Assembly: GCF_003945235.1 (NCBI RefSeq) | Contig: NZ_RSDW01000001.1 | Coordinates: 4,860,001-4,892,000 of the forward strand | Length of the DNA: 32,000 nucleotides | Source: Edaphobacter aggregans | GTDB lineage: Bacteria > Acidobacteriota > Terriglobia > Terriglobales > Acidobacteriaceae | Direction of reading: 5' to 3' | Shown here: piece after piece, positions 17,917 through 26,721 of the stretch | Layout of the letters: every line of letters begins with the position of its first letter | Position numbering within the stretch: the first letter of the stretch is position 1 | Notes under the pieces: generated by a model | Told to the model about the DNA's origin: nothing | The model's database searches: none | Seen by the model: the letters and a program-made list of their open reading frames with translations, nothing else | Position numbers and translations under genes: made by a program

Positions 17917-20325
17917 TTGAGATTTAGGGCTATCGGAATCGGCATCTCGCCGGGAGTTTTTGTCGTGTTCTGGCTATTGCTAACCGGAGGTATGGCACTT
18001 GCCCAGGTGGGAACTCAGGAGCAGGGCTACGCAAAGCCCAGCGTCGTTAGCCAGAGCCAGCCTAAGTCGCAGCCTATTTCGGATGCGAACGTACCGTTGT
18101 TGAACGGTCCGCTAACGCTGTCGGATTTTGCAGATATGGAACCGCGGCCCGAGCTCAAGGACAAACTCGGCCATCTGGCCCAATTTATCCAGAACACGCC
18201 GGTTGATGGAGCGCCCGCGACCGAGAGGACCGAGGTGTACCTTGGCCGCACCAACACGGCGCTCTACATCGTCTTTCTCTGTTTTGATCAGCACCCCGAG
18301 CTCATCCGAACACACCTGGCGCGACGCGAGAACATCCTTAAAGATGACTACGTCACGGTAAACCTGGATCCGTTTCAGGATCGTCAGCGCAGCGTCGAGT
18401 TTCAAGTCAATCCCAGTGGCGTGCAGGCCGACGCCTCATGGACCGAGGCCAGCGGTCCTGATTACAGCTTCGACCAGGTGTGGGACTCCGACGGTCGCAT
18501 CACTCATAAGGGGTGGATGGCGCTGATTGTGATTCCTTTCCGCAGCCTCCGCTTTCCTCCACACGGCAGCGAGTGGGGCGCAGTCTTCTGGCGAAATCTT
18601 CCTCGCAATAGTGAGAATGACTTCTGGCCGCGCGTCTCGGCGAATGTGAGCGGAGAGTTGAGTCAGGAAGGAACGCTACGAATGGGCGGCCTCGAGGGCG
18701 TCACTGGTTCACACAACGTGCAGCTTAACCCTTACGCGCTTGCTCAGAGCGAACACACACTTGAAACACTGGATCCCATGAATCCGTTCTTTTCGTCGCG
18801 TCACCTTGAGGGCACTGCGGGGGGCGAAGGGAAAGCCATTCTGAAGGATTCGATTGTCTTCGATGCGACGATCAACCCGGACTTCTCGGATGTAGAAAGC
18901 GACCAGCCGCAGTTCACCGTGAACCAGCGCTATCCGGTGTACTTTCCGGAGTTGCGGCCTTTCTTCCTTGAGAACGCCAGCTACTTTGCCACACCGATGA
19001 CGCTTCTCTACACGCGCAATATTATCCAGCCAGATTTTGGCGGCCGCATCACGGGTAAGATCGGCCGCACCAATCTCGGCATCCTTGCGATCGATGATCG
19101 GGAGCCCGGCAAAACCGTACAACCGGGCGATCCGCTCTACAACAGCAAGGCAGAGTTCTACGTGGGCCGCGCCTCTCAGGATCTAGGCAAGGGATCGAAT
19201 ATTGGCCTGATGTACACGGACGAAGAGTTCGGCGGCGGATTCAATAGGATCGGCGGAGCGGATTTTACGTGGAGGCTCAACAATCACTGGACCATGCTGG
19301 GCCAGACCGTGGAGAGCGCGACCAAGGAGAATAATCCAAGCAGCACGGCCACGGTCTTCCCATCCGGTTACAACGCAGGTCCTGCGACGGACTTCCAAGT
19401 GCAGCGCAACGGACATTCGTTCAACATGTTCAACGAGTATCAGGACGTGAGCAAGGGATTCACGACACTGGTGGGCTTCCTGCAAACCTCCAACATTCGC
19501 AGCGATCATCTGCATGCAACCTACCAGTGGTATCCCAAGCATAGCCAGCTGCAGAGCTTTGGTCTGGAGACCAATCAGAATATCGCGTTCGATCACGCGC
19601 ACAACCGCGTCTATCACTACACGACGTTTGATCCCTTCTTTCTGTTGCCCAACAACATCGTGCTGGCACCGCTTGTCGGCCAAAACTCAGACACCGTGGG
19701 CCCGCAGAATGGATACCCACTGACGGAGAACCGTAACTTCACGGAGAACTTCGTAGGCTTTGTAGCTAGAGGCCAGCCACGGCAGCAGCTCAACTTCAAT
19801 CTGCAGGCAATCAAGAGCGGCAACGTGAACTACAACCCGCCCGCGGGCGAAGTGCCCTTCCTGCTCGACCAGGAGACCGTACAGGCGCTCATTTCGATTA
19901 ACCCACTGCGCCAGCTCACCGACGATAACACATACCTCCTCGACCGCGATCACTCAGCGCAGGACGGGCAGTTCGTCTACGAGACGCAGGTCTTCCGCAC
20001 CAAACTGAACTATCAATTTACGAGAGCCTGGTCCGCTCGACTCATTGCCGAGTACGACTCGACGCTCGCCAACCCTGCCGAGACCTCACTTGCTCGCACC
20101 AAGCAGGTGCAGACTCAGGCACTTCTGACATGGCTTCCGCATCCCGGCACTGTCATTTACGTGGGCTACAACAGCGATCTGCAAAACTACAATCATCAGC
20201 TCTGCACCACACTTCCGGGCACCCGCAAATGCAACCCCAATCAGCCAATCCTTCCGCGCGGCCCGGGCTATCTGAACGATGGCCGCCAGTTCTTCATTAA
20301 GGCAAGTTATCTGTTTCGCTTCTAG
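17917..20325 (+). CDS. Outer-membrane protein with N-terminal CBM9/DOMON-like domain and DUF5916-type beta-barrel body
   Basis: TTG 17917 lies 10 nt after AAGGAG (17901..17906). Signal peptide: GVFVVFWLLLTGGMALAQ. The segment GAPATERTEVYLGRTNTALYIVFLCFDQHPELIRTHLARRENILKDDYVTVNLDPFQDRQRSVEFQVNPSGVQADASW matches the carbohydrate-binding-family-9 / DUF5916 proteins I remember. The C-terminal OMP signature is YLFRF. Confidence 0.75.
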   Translation: MRFRAIGIGISPGVFVVFWLLLTGGMALAQVGTQEQGYAKPSVVSQSQPKSQPISDANVPLLNGPLTLSDFADMEPRPELKDKLGHLAQFIQNTPVDGAPATERTEVYLGRTNTALYIVFLCFDQHPELIRTHLARRENILKDDYVTVNLDPFQDRQRSVEFQVNPSGVQADASWTEASGPDYSFDQVWDSDGRITHKGWMALIVIPFRSLRFPPHGSEWGAVFWRNLPRNSENDFWPRVSANVSGELSQEGTLRMGGLEGVTGSHNVQLNPYALAQSEHTLETLDPMNPFFSSRHLEGTAGGEGKAILKDSIVFDATINPDFSDVESDQPQFTVNQRYPVYFPELRPFFLENASYFATPMTLLYTRNIIQPDFGGRITGKIGRTNLGILAIDDREPGKTVQPGDPLYNSKAEFYVGRASQDLGKGSNIGLMYTDEEFGGGFNRIGGADFTWRLNNHWTMLGQTVESATKENNPSSTATVFPSGYNAGPATDFQVQRNGHSFNMFNEYQDVSKGFTTLVGFLQTSNIRSDHLHATYQWYPKHSQLQSFGLETNQNIAFDHAHNRVYHYTTFDPFFLLPNNIVLAPLVGQNSDTVGPQNGYPLTENRNFTENFVGFVARGQPRQQLNFNLQAIKSGNVNYNPPAGEVPFLLDQETVQALISINPLRQLTDDNTYLLDRDHSAQDGQFVYETQVFRTKLNYQFTRAWSARLIAEYDSTLANPAETSLARTKQVQTQALLTWLPHPGTVIYVGYNSDLQNYNHQLCTTLPGTRKCNPNQPILPRGPGYLNDGRQFFIKASYLFRF

Positions 20326-20673
20326 AGATTCTCGTCAGTCCCTGTAGGCTACTGCTGTTGTCTTGCAGCTGACGGGATACTGTCCATATCTGAACGCTCA
20401 GGCTCAGTTCTGAACACTCTTGTTAGTGGCCTCCTGTTTTTAGCTCTGATTTTGCTGGACTTGGCCCCGCGAATAATCGGCAGTCCAATTGCTCCCGATT
20501 ATTGGTCATCGTTAGTTATTTGGAGGGTGAGGCAACGTGCTCACACCGTTACCCAATGGTCGCCCCGGGACAGCTAATTAGAGGCCTGCGGATGTCTGTG
20601 AGAAACACGAAATCCTCAGATGATTGGATAGCGAACCAGATTCTGGCGCGTAAATTATGCAAGGAGGCTTACT

Positions 20674-21093
20674 ATGGCGCACTTTGAACGGATTCGTGAC
20701 GTGATCTCGGGGCCGTTTAGTCCTGAGGTCATCAACCAACGTACGGGGGCAGGATGGCAAATCGTGTCGATCGAATGGCGGCGGGAGCTACCCGATTCTG
20801 AAGCTCCGTTTAGCGGCGCTTATAGTGAGGACATTCCCTACGGGCTTCGCATCTCGGATGATTGCCAGAGGCTGGAGGTCGATCCTACCGAGAACCAGGC
20901 GCTGATACTGATGATGGACTTACTAGCACAAGACTTTTCTTATTCACACATCGTGAGCGATCTGAATGAAAAAGGGTTTCGGACACGAGACGGCAGCCTC
21001 TGGAGTCGGGTGTCGGTCTTCAATATGATGCCGCGTCTTATCGAGGTAGGACCCCATCTCCTTGCAATCAAGGGGTGGAAGACGAAGCAATAG
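20674..21093 (+). CDS. Standalone 'Recombinase'-domain protein (large-serine-recombinase DNA-binding domain without the resolvase catalytic domain), 139 aa
   Basis: AAGGAGG (20661..20667) lies 6 nt upstream of ATG 20674. The segment IPYGLRISDDCQRLEVDPTENQALILMMDLLAQDFSYSHIVSDLNEKGFRTRDGSLWSRVSVFNMM follows the pattern PyGY......L.vd..EA..v..if.....g.s...Ia..LN..G..t..G..W....V..iL of the Recombinase domain of large serine recombinases. No N-terminal catalytic Ser region and no zinc-ribbon or coiled-coil C-terminus are present. Confidence 0.65.
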   Translation: MAHFERIRDVISGPFSPEVINQRTGAGWQIVSIEWRRELPDSEAPFSGAYSEDIPYGLRISDDCQRLEVDPTENQALILMMDLLAQDFSYSHIVSDLNEKGFRTRDGSLWSRVSVFNMMPRLIEVGPHLLAIKGWKTKQ

Positions 21094-21102
21094 AAATTTT
21101 TG

Positions 21103-21132
21103 AGACCATGAGAGCCAGACGTCACATGGTCT
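21103..21132 (+). terminator. Candidate hairpin downstream of 20674..21093
   Basis: AGACCATG (21103..21110) pairs with CATGGTCT (21125..21132) across a 14-nt loop, starting 10 nt after the stop codon. An overlapping alternative hairpin is GTCTGT/ACAGAC (21129..21148). There is no clear U-tract, so this call is weak. Confidence 0.25.
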
Positions 21133-21506
21133 GTGCAGGTCTACAGACAGGTTGCCATAAATCTTATCGTTCAGAAGCTTGTTGAGGCCATGTGGATCGC
21201 CAGATCACTTCCCCATATGGTTCAAACGAGTACAGCCGCGAACTGGCTATACGGAAGCACGGTCTTCTTCAAGATCATGCATAAATTTTGACAACGAGAT
21301 CCAATCACCATGAATGGTTCATGAGAGGTGGCTCTCTGAGTGTGTGACTCGGGGCTTCCATTGTGGGGTCTTTTGATAAGCCTAAAGTGTCATGTGCGGA
21401 GCCACGCTTTGCTGTCTTCTAGAGCTGCCATATCGGAGACCAAGCTATCTTCACCAAGGTCCCCGCCGAGTCCACCATTTCACGACAACTCGACAGGAGA
21501 AACTGC

Positions 21507-22328
21507 ATGGATATGATCACAGTAAAAGACGGTACGAAAATTTATTTCAAGGATTGGGGCTCCGGCCGCCCGCTTTTCTTCCACCACGGCTGGCCATTGA
21601 GCGCGGACGACTGGGACAGTCAGATGATGTTTTTCCTGGAACATGGCTTTCGAGTGATTGCTCACGATCGCCGCGGGCATGGACGCTCAACACAAACCTT
21701 CCTCGGGCATGACATGGATACTTATGCCGCTGACGTTGCCGAGTTGGTGGACGTACTTGATCTCAAAGACTCCGTCCACATCGGGCACTCGACCGGTGGT
21801 GGCGAGGTTGCGCGATATGTCGCCCGTTACGGCAAGGGCCGCGTGGCAAAAGCGGTACTGATCAGCGCGATTCCGCCAACGTTCATGAAGTCGGACAAAA
21901 ATCCCGACGGTGTCCCGAAGGAAGTGGTCGATGGAATTCGCAACGGAACAGCGAACCATCGCGCACAGTTTTACAAAGATATAACGATACCGTTCTACGG
22001 ATTCAACCGTCCTGGCGCAGTAGTCTCTGAAGGGATTCAAGAGAATTGGTGGCGTCAGGGCATGATGGGCGCTGCTACAGCTCACTATCAATGCGTCAAG
22101 GTCCTCTCCGAAACCGAATTTTATGACGACCTCAAAATCATCGACATTCCAGTCTTGGTCATGCATGGTGAAGACGATCAGATCTGCCCGTTCCCGACCA
22201 CCGGAGCTAGATCGGTAAAGCTCCTTAAAAATGGCACGCTAAAGTCGTACCCTGGGTTCCCGCATGGTATGCCCACCACTCATGCCGATCAGATTAACGC
22301 CGACCTTCTAGCATTCATAGAGTCATAA
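21507..22328 (+). CDS. Non-haem chloroperoxidase / arylesterase-type alpha/beta hydrolase (perhydrolase family)
   Basis: AGGAGA lies 6 nt upstream of ATG 21507. The protein is near-collinear with the Pseudomonas fluorescens esterase / CPO-F type sequences I remember: VKDGTKIYFKDWGSG.P..F.HGW.L.AD.W..QM, AHDRRGHGRS, nucleophile elbow GHSTGGGEVARY, DRAQF-like HRAQFYKD, acid residue in VMHGEDDQICPF, and His in GFPHGMPTTHADQINADLLAFI. Confidence 0.92.
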   Translation: MDMITVKDGTKIYFKDWGSGRPLFFHHGWPLSADDWDSQMMFFLEHGFRVIAHDRRGHGRSTQTFLGHDMDTYAADVAELVDVLDLKDSVHIGHSTGGGEVARYVARYGKGRVAKAVLISAIPPTFMKSDKNPDGVPKEVVDGIRNGTANHRAQFYKDITIPFYGFNRPGAVVSEGIQENWWRQGMMGAATAHYQCVKVLSETEFYDDLKIIDIPVLVMHGEDDQICPFPTTGARSVKLLKNGTLKSYPGFPHGMPTTHADQINADLLAFIES

Positions 22329-22342
22329 AGAGAACCGCCCGT

Positions 22343-22379
22343 TGAGCAGTGAAGACGTTTTTACCTCCTTGACTGCTCA
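22343..22379. terminator. Candidate bidirectional hairpin between convergent genes 21507..22328 (+) and 22498..23124 (-)
   Basis: TGAGCAGTGAAG (22343..22354) pairs with CTTGACTGCTCA (22368..22379) at 11 of 12 positions across a 13-nt loop that contains TTTTT. It lies 15 nt after the plus-strand stop codon. Confidence 0.35.
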
Positions 22380-22497
22380 CTGGGCGTTCCCTTCGGCTAT
22401 TGCAGCTGGTTTTGCAACTGAGTCTTGCTAGGCGACCTGACCCGATGGATAGTTCATTGACTCTGTAAGCTGTGCGGCGTACTCTCCTTCCGCTTCG

Positions 22498-23124
22498 CTA
22501 CCCGTCGAGAATGCCACGGCGCATTGCGATCAAGACAGCGTCCAATCTGTCATTCGCGTTCAATTTCGCCATAATGCTGCGCATGTGGCCTTTCACCGTA
22601 TCTTGTGAAATCTTCAGGCGGTCCGCGACGATTTTATTAGATCGTCCAGCGGCAATCGTCTTCAGTACCTCGATTTCACGCGGTGAAAGTTCATCCGATG
22701 CGTAATACTTGGTCATTTCACAAGCGATCTCTGCGGGAATATGCCGGAGTCCAGAGTGAACCTCTCGAATCGTGCGAATCAAATCCTTGCGAAGCATTGT
22801 TTTGAGAAGGTAACCAACGGCACCGGCTTTGAAGGCGCGTGAAGCCTGGACATCGCCCCGATAGGTTGTAAGAACCACGCAGCGCGCGCGGGGGGAGAGC
22901 TCGCGGATTTTGTGAATGGCATCAACACCATTCAGTTTAGGCATTTGCAGATCCATTAAAGTCACATCTGGTTGATGTTGTTGGAAAGCTCGAACTGCCT
23001 CATTCCCGTTGTTTGCTTCTGCTACGAGAACCATATCCGGTTCGCGTTCTAGCAGGCGAGCGACACCATCCAAAATGAGCGGATGATCATCTGCGCAAAG
23101 TACGCGAATTTGATCTGAAGTCAT
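22498..23124 (-). CDS. NarL/LuxR-family two-component response regulator (REC + LuxR-type HTH)
   Basis: The receiver domain reads IRVLCADDHPLILDGV...DVTLMDLQMPKLNG...KAGAVGYLLK. The HTH region reads LSPREIEVLKTIAAGRSNKIVADRLKISQDTVKGHMRSIMAKLNANDR. The gene lies 135 nt downstream of the kinase gene on the same strand. Confidence 0.93.
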   Translation of the reverse strand: MTSDQIRVLCADDHPLILDGVARLLEREPDMVLVAEANNGNEAVRAFQQHQPDVTLMDLQMPKLNGVDAIHKIRELSPRARCVVLTTYRGDVQASRAFKAGAVGYLLKTMLRKDLIRTIREVHSGLRHIPAEIACEMTKYYASDELSPREIEVLKTIAAGRSNKIVADRLKISQDTVKGHMRSIMAKLNANDRLDAVLIAMRRGILDG

Positions 23125-23259
23125 GGGAGCTTATCCTTCAAAGTGTGCTTGCAGCACCTGATGCTCAAACGGTAGCACATAGTAATCTTCGTGATACCCC
23201 CTTAAAGTGTTGTTCTCTGCCTTGAAATCACAAGGCACAAACTCTCTCAACCAGTTTTC

Positions 23260-26200
23260 TTACGGCGTTCCTGCAAGCCTTGATAAAATTTTTTCGAACA
23301 GCGACGCTTTTTGCTCGTGGCGGAATGCCATAAAGCCCGGGATCACAAGCCTCAAATGGGTACCGCCTTCAGGCTGAACCGCGATTTTCAAAGCCGCCCC
23401 CAAACTATCAGCACGTTCCTGCATACCCGCAAGGCCCCAGTGACCAGTAGGTTTGCTCCCGCTCAAGACGTCTGAATCGATACCCCTTCCGTTGTCGATG
23501 ATATCCAACGTCAATCGCATCGGTGCAAAGCTGATTTCTACCTTGATCTCTGAAGCTTTGCTGTGGCGGAAGGCATTTATAAGCGCCTCTTTAGCTATGG
23601 CGTAGATGTCCTGGTAGGTAATCGGATTCAGCTCAATGGCAACGCCCCGGGTCAGTACTTCCAGGGTCCAGGTGTGAGGCATGGCAAAATCTTCACCTAA
23701 AGCTGTGAGCGCATCTGAAAGGGACGCTGGTTCGATTGATTCATATCGCAAGTCACGTATTCGGTCGCGGCTTTCGACGAGTAGGATATCCGCGGCGTCA
23801 AGAGCATCCTCCATCTCTGACTTAGCGGATTCACCTGAAGGTATTGATTGTGTGGCGAGATGGAATCTCATCATAAGCCCCTGGAAGCCCTGGAGCAGAG
23901 TGTCATGCAACTCCCTCGCAACGCGTTCGCGTTCGGCAACCCGCTCCGACAGGCGAGAATGAACCTGCTCCGCGACGAATCGCGTTCGGGCTTTAAGAAC
24001 TAGCCAAGCGAACAAAATCCCTAATACCAAACAAATAATTTTGAACCACAAAGTCTGGTAGAAGGAAGGGCTTACCTCAATACGAAGCGGAACAATAAGT
24101 TCATTCCAGTCTTCGCCGTTGCTGGCAGAAACTTGGAACTGATAGGAGCCAGGATTTAGGCGAGTGTAAAAAGCTTGTCGTCGTTTGCCGGCCTCCTGCC
24201 AGTCTTTATCTTCGCCAACCAATCGGTAACGATAGTAGACGCGCTCCGGTGCACTCAGATTGATTCCGATGAAATTGATTTCAAGATCGTGCAGGTGTGT
24301 TGTGTCGGTGTATAAGACAGCGTCGGGCCTCCCTGGAGCTTTCATCGCAGTCCTTCCGTTGATGAGAACGCTTTCGATGAGGATGCTAGGAAGCACCATT
24401 CCGTGTCTGAGCTTAGAAGGGTCAAGACTAACGACGTCGCCACCAGTGGAAAACCACAATCTCCCATGCGCGTCCGAGATTGCTGATGGGCCTCGCTTGA
24501 ACTGAGTAGGTTGACCGACAAGTCCGTCGTTCTCGTCAAAGACATCGGCCTTAACCAGATGATTGGGATTATGGAGAAGTAATGCGACCTCGTCGGAGGT
24601 GATGCGGAGGACACCTGCTCCTGCATTTAGCCAAAGGTTTCCGAGCTGATCCTGTGCGATCCCGGAGGTTCCCTGAAGTAGATTGGCCTCGAGCGAGCGC
24701 ACTCGCTGAAATCGGTCACCATTGAGAAATGACAGGCCATTTGACCCGGCAGCCCAAACGGTATCTGCTGCCTGGAAAAAGGTAAGCGTGTTGCTCCATG
24801 GTCCTTCGTCAACATGGAGAGTCTGGAAGGAGCCGTCTCGTCGCACGACAATGTCGTTGTTGCCATACCCCAGCCAAACCCGTCCTCGAGTATCGGAAAG
24901 CATCGTCCATGGACTGGTTTTGGGTAAACCGGGCGAAACCATCGGATCCCATTGTTCATCGTGATAGCGCCAGAATCCTCCGCCTTGGAAGGAGATCAGT
25001 AAAGAGCCATCAGTATCTTCGGTCATGCTCATTGGTGGCGTGTGCCATATCGCGTCGGGCAATTTGATATGAGTCTGCCGGTCACGCCCATAGCACTGCA
25101 ATTCATAGCTAATCTGATCAACGAAACAGATGTCTCCATTCCGGCGCTTGGCGAATGGGCCAGAATGGACGGGAAGCCCCATTGGCTTCACTATGCCATT
25201 GAGAACGTGCATCAAGGCAGATCCATAGGAGTCTATCCATATCGAACCATCGTCCGCGGCGATGAGTGAAGGGAAGTAGCGAAGTTCAGTCCCTCGAAAA
25301 TGAACAAACGGAGTCTCACGAAAACGGTCTAAACCCCTCTCGGTTCCAACCCAAATATTGCCCTCGCGATCCTCGAGCAAGGCGTGCGTTTGTGGAGAGG
25401 TCAGGTCGCTCTTGCTTGCACGCTCGATTATGGGTTTCGATGCGTGTTCGGAAACATGCAGGATCCTCGAAAGGCCCTCATTACCTTCACCAATCCAGAG
25501 GTTATCGTGTGAATCAATCAGCATCTCAGCTTTTCCCTCAAGACTGAGAACTCCTGCAGGTGAAGTGTTCGTGACGGGCCGAACCGAGCGCCAAGCATCG
25601 CCTATCCAGATCTCTCCAGTACGGTCTTGCACCATCGAACTTACATATTGAACCTTATTCGGAACATCTTCGAGTTGGCCCTTCGCTTTGTGCAGTATGG
25701 ATAGTCTTTTGTCTCTGGAGACCCAGATGTTCCCTTCGCGGTCAAACAGAACATTAAACACTCCAAATCGGCCGATGCCATGATCCTTGCCAAAATCAAC
25801 CCATCGCTCTCCCTCAAAATGTAATAGCTTGCTGCTGCCCGCAATCCACACTGAACCATCAGAAAGCGAAAGGATTTTGTCGAGTGATCCGGTTGGCAAT
25901 CCTTCTTTGCGACCGTACGTCACGATGCTTTCGTCGGCTTTCAGATGAACTACAGTCGCTGTGCACATCGCAATCCATAGGCCGCCGTCCAAATCTGCTG
26001 CAAGGGAACAAACGTCGAGTGAAGGCAATGCAGGGCTGCTTGAGTCAAACGGATAACGAGAAAATCGAAGCCCATCAAAGCGATAGAGGCCGAGCGTCGT
26101 GCCGATCCAAAGGTAACCATCCTTAGTTTGTGTCAGGGCATTGATACTTCCAGGTGCACCATCGCGACGAGTCCAGGAAGTGTGAGTGATGCCCTGGAAT

Positions 26201-26358
26201 GACGGAGCAGGCAGAGGTGGCAGGAGCCCTTTTGGTAATAGATCCTCGCTGGTTAGTCGAGTGTCAGACAAGCGTGGTGTCCCCTTTTGAACTGAAGCCC
26301 CATTTGTCGCGTCACAGACGAGAAGCGCTGTCAGTAAAAGGATCTTCACGCCGTTCAT
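23260..26358 (-). CDS. Sensor histidine kinase with large periplasmic two-component-regulator-propeller (Reg_prop) repeats and Y_Y_Y domain, one TM helix, HisKA_3 and HATPase_c
   Basis: Signal peptide: MNGVKILLLTALLVCDATNGA. Repeated D..G.(I/L)W(I/V)G blades occur throughout: DGYLWIGTTLGLYRF, EGNIWVSRD, TGEIWIGD, HDNLWIGEGNEGLSRI, EGNIWVGTERGLDRF, RGRVWLGYG, LGNLWLNAGAGVLRI and HGRLWFSTGG. The Y_Y_Y segment is VYYRYRLVGEDKDWQEAGKRRQAFYTRLNPGSYQFQV. The TM helix is LWFKIICLVLGILFAWLVL. The H-box is ERERVARELHDTLLQG, and the ATPase motifs are IIDNGRGI and GHWGLAGMQERA. Confidence 0.92.
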   Translation of the reverse strand: MNGVKILLLTALLVCDATNGASVQKGTPRLSDTRLTSEDLLPKGLLPPLPAPSFQGITHTSWTRRDGAPGSINALTQTKDGYLWIGTTLGLYRFDGLRFSRYPFDSSSPALPSLDVCSLAADLDGGLWIAMCTATVVHLKADESIVTYGRKEGLPTGSLDKILSLSDGSVWIAGSSKLLHFEGERWVDFGKDHGIGRFGVFNVLFDREGNIWVSRDKRLSILHKAKGQLEDVPNKVQYVSSMVQDRTGEIWIGDAWRSVRPVTNTSPAGVLSLEGKAEMLIDSHDNLWIGEGNEGLSRILHVSEHASKPIIERASKSDLTSPQTHALLEDREGNIWVGTERGLDRFRETPFVHFRGTELRYFPSLIAADDGSIWIDSYGSALMHVLNGIVKPMGLPVHSGPFAKRRNGDICFVDQISYELQCYGRDRQTHIKLPDAIWHTPPMSMTEDTDGSLLISFQGGGFWRYHDEQWDPMVSPGLPKTSPWTMLSDTRGRVWLGYGNNDIVVRRDGSFQTLHVDEGPWSNTLTFFQAADTVWAAGSNGLSFLNGDRFQRVRSLEANLLQGTSGIAQDQLGNLWLNAGAGVLRITSDEVALLLHNPNHLVKADVFDENDGLVGQPTQFKRGPSAISDAHGRLWFSTGGDVVSLDPSKLRHGMVLPSILIESVLINGRTAMKAPGRPDAVLYTDTTHLHDLEINFIGINLSAPERVYYRYRLVGEDKDWQEAGKRRQAFYTRLNPGSYQFQVSASNGEDWNELIVPLRIEVSPSFYQTLWFKIICLVLGILFAWLVLKARTRFVAEQVHSRLSERVAERERVARELHDTLLQGFQGLMMRFHLATQSIPSGESAKSEMEDALDAADILLVESRDRIRDLRYESIEPASLSDALTALGEDFAMPHTWTLEVLTRGVAIELNPITYQDIYAIAKEALINAFRHSKASEIKVEISFAPMRLTLDIIDNGRGIDSDVLSGSKPTGHWGLAGMQERADSLGAALKIAVQPEGGTHLRLVIPGFMAFRHEQKASLFEKILSRLAGTP

Positions 26359-26408
26359 GGCACCAATCTTCGATCTGAACCTGCGCAGGGCCGCCTCCTT
26401 GTTAACAA

Positions 26409-26422
26409 TTAAGTGTTAAGTG
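26409..26422. promoter_or_regulatory. Perfect tandem heptamer TTAAGTG TTAAGTG, 51-64 nt upstream of the kinase start codon; candidate response-regulator or promoter element
   Basis: Read directly: 26409..26415 and 26416..26422. It is flanked by GTTAAC (26401..26406). A 6-bp inverted repeat, CAACAC-caaa-GTGTTG, lies about 50 bp further on. The functional assignment is speculative. Confidence 0.3.
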
Positions 26423-26721
26423 AACAAACACCAACCATAGTCGATCAAATATATGACGACTTGTCTCAACACCAAAGTGTTGCTGCGATGCAAGCCAAAA
26501 GGACCGTCTTGGGGTTCCTCTGGCAACTTGCTCGTGGGCAAGGTTGGAATTGGCTCTAGCTGGCCATGACAAACGAGCCTGTGGTCAGGTGAAGTGCGGT
26601 GTCTTGGGAAAAGCATTGCCCAGTTCTCGTCGGAGGCCGGATGTATGGGGCGCGAGATCGGCGATTTGCTGAAGCTTTATCTATACGGTATCTAAACCAG
26701 ATCTATGCGGCGGTGACGTGC

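Noticed and set aside
20502-20687. A 61-aa ORF immediately upstream of and overlapping the recombinase-domain gene, which could be a partner gene.
   Set aside because: It has no RBS and odd composition, and it overlaps the strong AAGGAGG-ATG start at 20674. It has no recognisable motif and is probably non-coding.
8759-26692. Recurring ATACGG(A/T) heptamer in several intergenic regions (8763, 11837, 12412, 12448, 21250, 26686), considered as a possible dispersed motif.
   Set aside because: A 7-mer is expected several times by chance in 32 kb, and I also found it inside a coding region (about 13575). Only the longer boxes at 11821..11855 and 12405..12490 are retained as a finding.
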